From Chromatocurvus sp. (GTDB lineage Bacteria; Pseudomonadota; Gammaproteobacteria; Pseudomonadales; Halieaceae): a stretch of DNA of 38,615 nucleotides. Position 1 is the stretch's first letter. Each line of letters opens with the position of its first letter. The DNA lies in assembly GCA_046260215.1 (NCBI GenBank), contig JBHEPQ010000238.1, positions 1 to 38,615 of the forward strand, given 5' to 3'. Positions 34,092 through 38,615 of this stretch are shown here, in pieces. Both the position numbers and the translations under genes were made by a program. The notes below the pieces were generated by a model. That model was not told the origin of the DNA. It searched no databases and saw nothing but the letters and a program-made list of their open reading frames with translations.

Positions 34092-35363
34092 ATGGAAAAC
34101 CAGATTTTTGAATTACAGTATGCAATGGATACTTTTTACTTTCTCATATGCGGCGTGCTGGTCATGTGGATGGCCGCGGGCTTTGCCATGCTGGAAGCCG
34201 GACTGGTCCGGGCCAAGAACACCACCGAAATCCTGACCAAGAACGTGGCGCTGTTCGCCGTGGCCTCGACCATGTATCTGGTCTGCGGCTATCACTTCAT
34301 GTACGACGGCGGTTTTTTCCTGTCCGGGATAACAACGGTTGCGCAGATGGGTGATGCCGCTGTTGCCCAGGTGCTGGTGGACTCGGCTGATGCCGGATTT
34401 GGCGGCGATTCGGTTTACGCGGGTGCCTCGGATTTCTTCTTCCAGGTGGTTTTCGTTGCGACGGCCATGTCCATTGTTTCCGGCGCCGTGGCCGAACGCA
34501 TGAAGCTGTGGGCATTTCTCACCTTCGCAGTGGTCATGACGGGCGTCATTTACCCGATTGAGGGTAGCTGGACCTGGGGTGGCAAGGATGTGCCGCTGAT
34601 CGGCGCCCTGAATTACAGCGATTATGCCGGGTCCGGCATCGTGCACATGGCAGGTGCCGCCGCGGCGCTCGCCGGCGTTATTCTGCTCGGGCCGCGCAAG
34701 GGCAAATACGCTGCTGACGGAACGGTGAAAGCCATCCCGGGATCCAACATGCCCCTGGCCACGCTTGGCACCTTCATTCTCTGGATGGGTTGGTTCGGCT
34801 TTAATGGCGGTTCCACGCTGAAGCTGGGTGGCATCGACGTTGCCAACGAAGTGGCGAATGTTTTCCTCAACACCAATGCGGCAGCGGCGGGTGGCCTTAT
34901 AGGCGCTCTCGTCCTCGCTCGGCTCATCTTCGGCAAGGCCGATCTGACCATGGCACTCAACGGCGCCCTGGCTGGCCTTGTGTCAATTACGGCAGAGCCG
35001 GCTGCGCCCTCGCCGCTGCTGGCAACAATCATTGGCGCGGTTGGCGGCGTGATCGTGGTCTTCAGCATCGTCGCGCTGGACAAGGTCAAGATCGATGACC
35101 CGGTCGGCGCCATTTCGGTCCACGGCGTGGTGGGTCTCTGGGGTATCTTTGCAGTACTCCTGTCCAATGACGGCGCCAGCTTCATGGGACAGTTGATCGG
35201 CGCGGCCGTGATCTTTGTGTGGGTCTTTGGCGCCAGCCTGATCGTCTGGGGCATTCTCAAGGCGGCGCTGGGAATTCGTGTCGGCGAGGAAGAGGAGTAC
35301 GAGGGTGTCGATCTTTCGGAGTGTGGCCTGGAGGCCTACCCGGAGTTTGTATCGGCGAAATAA
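34092..35363 (+). CDS. amtB: Ammonium transporter
   Basis: MAAGFAMLEAGLVRAKN, SIVSGAVAER, DYAGSGIVH, LWMGWFGFNGGS, IDDPVGAISVHG (twin His); start set at ATG 34092. Confidence 0.96.
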   Translation: MENQIFELQYAMDTFYFLICGVLVMWMAAGFAMLEAGLVRAKNTTEILTKNVALFAVASTMYLVCGYHFMYDGGFFLSGITTVAQMGDAAVAQVLVDSADAGFGGDSVYAGASDFFFQVVFVATAMSIVSGAVAERMKLWAFLTFAVVMTGVIYPIEGSWTWGGKDVPLIGALNYSDYAGSGIVHMAGAAAALAGVILLGPRKGKYAADGTVKAIPGSNMPLATLGTFILWMGWFGFNGGSTLKLGGIDVANEVANVFLNTNAAAAGGLIGALVLARLIFGKADLTMALNGALAGLVSITAEPAAPSPLLATIIGAVGGVIVVFSIVALDKVKIDDPVGAISVHGVVGLWGIFAVLLSNDGASFMGQLIGAAVIFVWVFGASLIVWGILKAALGIRVGEEEEYEGVDLSECGLEAYPEFVSAK

Positions 35364-35394
35364 GCTTGCGGGCGCATTGAAAAATGCGTTTTTT

Positions 35395-35418
35395 AGGGGC
35401 CTTCGGGCCCCTTTTTTT
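35395..35418 (+). terminator. Rho-independent terminator after amtB
   Basis: AGGGGCC-TTCG-GGCCCCT followed by a T tract; a weaker hairpin CGCATT-gaa-AATGCG-TTTTTT lies just upstream. Confidence 0.9.
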
Positions 35419-35467
35419 GTTTGCGCTTGACGGTTTGCCGCTGCGCCGTGCTGTCGGTGCGCAGTAC

Positions 35468-35497
35468 TTGCCACACCCGCCCTTCACTCCCTATCAT
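35468..35497 (+). promoter_or_regulatory. Putative sigma70 promoter for the second PII gene
   Basis: TTGCCA (35468-35473) - 18 bp - TATCAT (35492-35497), about 30 bp before AAGGGAG RBS/ATG 35529. Confidence 0.55.
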
Positions 35498-35528
35498 CGG
35501 CGCTCAGTAACAAGGGAGTGCCACGACC

Positions 35529-35867
35529 ATGAAGCTAGTTACCGCGATCATCAAACCCTTCAAGATGGACGATGTGCGCGCTGCACTGTCTGATATCGGT
35601 GTGCAGGGCATCACCGTCACCGAGGTAAAGGGGTTCGGGCGTCAGCGCGGACACACCGAGCTTTATCGCGGTGCCGAATACGTGGTGGATTTTTTGCCCA
35701 AGCTGAAACTGGAAATCGCGGTAGCGGAGAGTCAGCTTGACGCGATTATTGAGGCGATCATCCAGTCGGCGAACACCGGAAAGATTGGCGACGGCAAGAT
35801 TTTTGTCACGGATATGGAGCAGGTGATCCGCATTCGCACCGGTGAGTCGGGGGAAGAGGCGGTCTGA
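35529..35867 (+). CDS. glnK: Second PII protein (GlnK-like)
   Basis: 112 aa, [47 protein letters not shown]. Confidence 0.9.
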   Translation: MKLVTAIIKPFKMDDVRAALSDIGVQGITVTEVKGFGRQRGHTELYRGAEYVVDFLPKLKLEIAVAESQLDAIIEAIIQSANTGKIGDGKIFVTDMEQVIRIRTGESGEEAV

Positions 35868-35891
35868 GACGCTGCCCACCGGACCGCCGCA

Positions 35892-36593
35892 CTAGACAGA
35901 TAGCTGTTCCAGCGCCCGCGGCAGGTCCGTCAGGCAACTGATTTCCACATCGGGTTGCACATCTGCTGCACCGAGCTCCCGTGTCGGATTGAACCAGACA
36001 GTGCGCAGGCCTGCATCTCTGGCTCCTCTTACATCGTGGTCCAGGCTGTCGCCGACGTGAGCGATAGCCTGTGCCGGGACGCCCGCCCTCACTACCGCTG
36101 CTTCGAACATGTCCGGGGCTGGCTTACTGGCGCCGATATCCTCGGCCAGAAACGCGAAATCAAAATAATCCCCGGCATCGGTCTTGTAGATATCCGCGTT
36201 GCCGTTGGTCAGAGCTCCCAGGCGGTAATGCTGATGAAGACGCTGTACGACATCCAGCGCTTCTTCATACAGTTCCACCGCGTGACGTTCCTGCAAAAAG
36301 ACAGCGAAGGCGGCTTTGGCGCCCGCCTCTGATTCGGCGTGGCCGTAACCGGCGCGCCGCTGCATTTCATAAAGTACCGTCTGGCGCATTCTGCTGACGT
36401 GGTGCAGGAGTTCGGGATGCTGCCTGGCAATCACCTTGCGCACCTCGAGGAGTGCCTGGTGGTCGATGTTTTCCATCGTTCCCGGGCGGTGTTCCAGCAT
36501 CCACGCGCGCTGGGTCTCTTCTGCGCGCAGCAGAGCCGGGGTGACATCCCACAGGGTGTTGTCAAGATCGAAGGTGACGACGCGGATGCTCAT
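35892..36593 (-). CDS. HAD-IA hydrolase, YigB-like
   Basis: FDLDNTLW motif I, LTNGNAD, KPAPDMF, HVGDSLDHDVRGA; last gene of the dapF-yigA-xerC-yigB operon. Confidence 0.9.
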   Translation of the reverse strand: MSIRVVTFDLDNTLWDVTPALLRAEETQRAWMLEHRPGTMENIDHQALLEVRKVIARQHPELLHHVSRMRQTVLYEMQRRAGYGHAESEAGAKAAFAVFLQERHAVELYEEALDVVQRLHQHYRLGALTNGNADIYKTDAGDYFDFAFLAEDIGASKPAPDMFEAAVVRAGVPAQAIAHVGDSLDHDVRGARDAGLRTVWFNPTRELGAADVQPDVEISCLTDLPRALEQLSV

Positions 36594-37549
36594 GAGTCGC
36601 GGTTTTTCTGTCGCCGGGCGCGCGGGTGCGCTGCATCATAGACCCGGGACAGGTGCTGGAAGTCCAGGTGGGTGTAGATCTGGGTCGTGCCGATATTCGC
36701 ATGCCCCAGCAGTTCCTGAACGGCGCGCAGGTCGCCGCTGGACTCCAGCATGTGACTTGCGAAGGAGTGTCTGAGCATGTGTGGATGCACGTCCTGTCGC
36801 ATGCCGGAGCGACGCCCCTGCAGCCGCAGTCGCGCCTGGGTGTTGCGCAGGCTGATCCGTCGTCCGCGGGCACTGGTAAACAATGCCCTGGCGGCATCGG
36901 CGTCGGCGGTTACGCCCGGCCTGACTTCAAGCCAGGCGTCTATCGCCGCGAGAGCGACTCTGCCGACCGGCACACTGCGCGTCTTTCGCCCCTTGCCGGT
37001 GACCCGCAGCAGGTATTCCTCGCGGTCGATGTCACCGATATCGAGACTTACCAGTTCGGCGAGTCGCAGGCCTGAGGAGTAGAACAACTCGGCCATAGCG
37101 CGGTCCCGGCAGGTTGCGGGCTTATCGTTGGTGAAAGACAGGAAATGCTGCACCTGATCGGGATCCAGCGTCTTCGGCAGACGGCGGGGCTGCCGCGGCG
37201 CCTGCACAGAGGTCGCCGGATTGCGCGGATAGCCTGCAATCCGCCCCAGGTAATTGAACAGCGAGCGGGCGGCAGAAAGCCCGCGCTGTATGCTGCCGCC
37301 AGCAAGTCCACGACGATGCAGGCTGCTAACCCAGTGGCGGACGTGGGCTTCCTGAACCTGATCAGCGCGGTAGATCTGTTGTCGGGCAAGAGCCGTCCCG
37401 AAGCTCTCGAGGTCGCGCTGATAATTGCTCAGCGTGTGGGGTGATAGCTGGCGCACGTCACGGCAGTAGGCCAGAAAAGCGGTGACAGACTCCGGAAAGG
37501 TCGTCTCACCCGGCGGGGTCTTGAAGTCGGTGTCGTCGCCTGCCTGCAT
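36590..37549 (-). CDS. xerC: Tyrosine recombinase XerC
   Basis: LSPHTLSNYQRDL, ELFYSSGLRLAEL, VTGKGRKTR, HPHMLRHSFASHMLESSGDLRAVQELLGHANIGTTQIYTH; canonical operon context. Confidence 0.96.
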   Translation of the reverse strand: MQAGDDTDFKTPPGETTFPESVTAFLAYCRDVRQLSPHTLSNYQRDLESFGTALARQQIYRADQVQEAHVRHWVSSLHRRGLAGGSIQRGLSAARSLFNYLGRIAGYPRNPATSVQAPRQPRRLPKTLDPDQVQHFLSFTNDKPATCRDRAMAELFYSSGLRLAELVSLDIGDIDREEYLLRVTGKGRKTRSVPVGRVALAAIDAWLEVRPGVTADADAARALFTSARGRRISLRNTQARLRLQGRRSGMRQDVHPHMLRHSFASHMLESSGDLRAVQELLGHANIGTTQIYTHLDFQHLSRVYDAAHPRARRQKNRDS

Positions 37550-37566
37550 ATTAGCGCGCGCCCGTA

Positions 37567-38271
37567 TCAGTGCGTATGAGTGATTTGCGGTATCAGGCGC
37601 GCGATGACGGCGGCGATATGCTCGAGAAAAATAGTGCCCATCTGGGGATGGTAGCGCCCGGCGTCAGCGCTGCCCACCGCAATCAGGCCCAGTTCGGTGT
37701 CACCGTGGCGAATCGGAACCACGGCGGCGGAACCACTGCCGCGGGTGGCAGGAAAGAGATAGTTGAACTCTTCCCCGCGAAGCGCTCCGCAGGCGGGTTT
37801 GCCGCCCTTGACCAGTGATCCGAGGTGCTTGAACACCTGTTCCCGGGGCGCTTTGCGGCAGTTCTGTGTGGCTTCTGCACGGGCCTTGTCATCGAATACG
37901 ATAACGCTGGCCTGGTCTGTCTTGAACTCCCTGTGCATGCACAGGGCGAAGGTGTCGAACAGGGCCTGAAGAGTCCGCGCCTCAAGCAATTCCAGTACCA
38001 GCTTGCGCGTGCTCACGTAGAGCTGTTCGTTGTCACGGGCAGCGTCCGTGAGGTCGCGCAGGCGATGTCGAAGATCAACGTTACGTTCCCGCAGTACGCT
38101 GACCTGTCGCTCCACCAGCGAAACGGCGTCCCCGCTGGCATGAGGAACCTGCAATTTGCGCAACATGTCGGGATTACGCTGGAAAAAGTCCAGGTGCCTT
38201 TCCAGGAAATCCCGCACCTGACCGTCGTTGAGCTCGCTGCTGTCCGCGTGTGTCGGTTGTTCTGCCGCCAT
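37567..38271 (-). CDS. DUF484 family protein (YigA-like)
   Basis: VRDFLERHLDFF...VPHASGDAVSLVERQVSVLRERN and MGTIFLEHI; located between dapF and xerC. Confidence 0.88.
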   Translation of the reverse strand: MAAEQPTHADSSELNDGQVRDFLERHLDFFQRNPDMLRKLQVPHASGDAVSLVERQVSVLRERNVDLRHRLRDLTDAARDNEQLYVSTRKLVLELLEARTLQALFDTFALCMHREFKTDQASVIVFDDKARAEATQNCRKAPREQVFKHLGSLVKGGKPACGALRGEEFNYLFPATRGSGSAAVVPIRHGDTELGLIAVGSADAGRYHPQMGTIFLEHIAAVIARLIPQITHTH

Positions 38272-38301
38272 GCCCCGGTTTCCCCTGTCAGCTCGCGATG
38301 A

Positions 38302-38615
38302 TCACAATTGAATGCTGCCCTCGAACACAACGGCCGTGGGGCCGGTCATGCGTACCGGGTGACCCTCGCCCGGCCACGCGACGCAGAGCTTACCCCCAGG
38401 CAGGTGGACTGTCACCTGCTCATCCAGCCATCCGCGCAGCCTGCCATGTACCACGGCGGCGCAGGCACCGGAGCCACAGGCTAGAGTTTCACCGGCGCTG
38501 CGCTCATAGACGCGAAGACGGATCTCGTCGCGCCCCAGGACCTGCATGAATCCGGCGTTGCAGCGCTGCGGAAAGTCGGGATGGGCTTCTATCGCCGGCC
38601 CGAGCTCGCCAATAC
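38302..38615 (-). CDS. dapF: Diaminopimelate epimerase, 3' part (truncated by window end)
   Basis: [41 protein letters not shown]. Confidence 0.95.
   Translation of the reverse strand, partial: IGELGPAIEAHPDFPQRCNAGFMQVLGRDEIRLRVYERSAGETLACGSGACAAVVHGRLRGWLDEQVTVHLPGGKLCVAWPGEGHPVRMTGPTAVVFEGSIQL

Noticed and set aside
36590-37549. Tyrosine recombinase as a possible island integrase for the photosynthesis cluster
   Set aside because: Sequence and dapF-yigA-xerC-yigB context identify the housekeeping XerC.

Overview
Bases ~1-27,140 are the right-hand part of an anoxygenic (type II reaction centre) photosynthesis gene cluster. The order is 3' bchZ, pufQ-L-M-C, then pufB-A placed downstream of pufC, idi, a divergent hemN-like radical SAM gene, the minus-strand superoperon bchF-N-B-H-L-M-lhaA-puhA-B-C-E, ppsR (no ppaA/aerR in front of it), bchG-pucC-like-bchP, a small membrane ORF, a stand-alone acsF and a short BLUF photoreceptor. 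PpsR palindromes (TGT-N12-ACA) occur at five intergenic regions, four of them overlapping sigma70 -35 boxes. The remainder is gammaproteobacterial housekeeping DNA: DUF3080-like lipoprotein, GST, cytochrome c5, rep, comM/yifB, ubiK, an NtrC/IHF/sigma54-driven glnK-amtB followed by a second glnK, and dapF(partial)-yigA-xerC-yigB. The gene order suggests an aerobic anoxygenic phototroph of the OM60/NOR5 (Halieaceae) type; this is inference only. No rRNA, tRNA, CRISPR or mobile element was seen. Best leads: (1) a PpsR-regulated HemN paralog that keeps the 4Fe-4S cysteines but has lost most HemN catalytic motifs; (2) a possible BLUF-PpsR light circuit replacing AerR/PpaA; (3) two unannotated translationally coupled micro-ORFs around pufQ; (4) a probably leaderless bchG mRNA; (5) three unrelated 15-bp tandem repeats.
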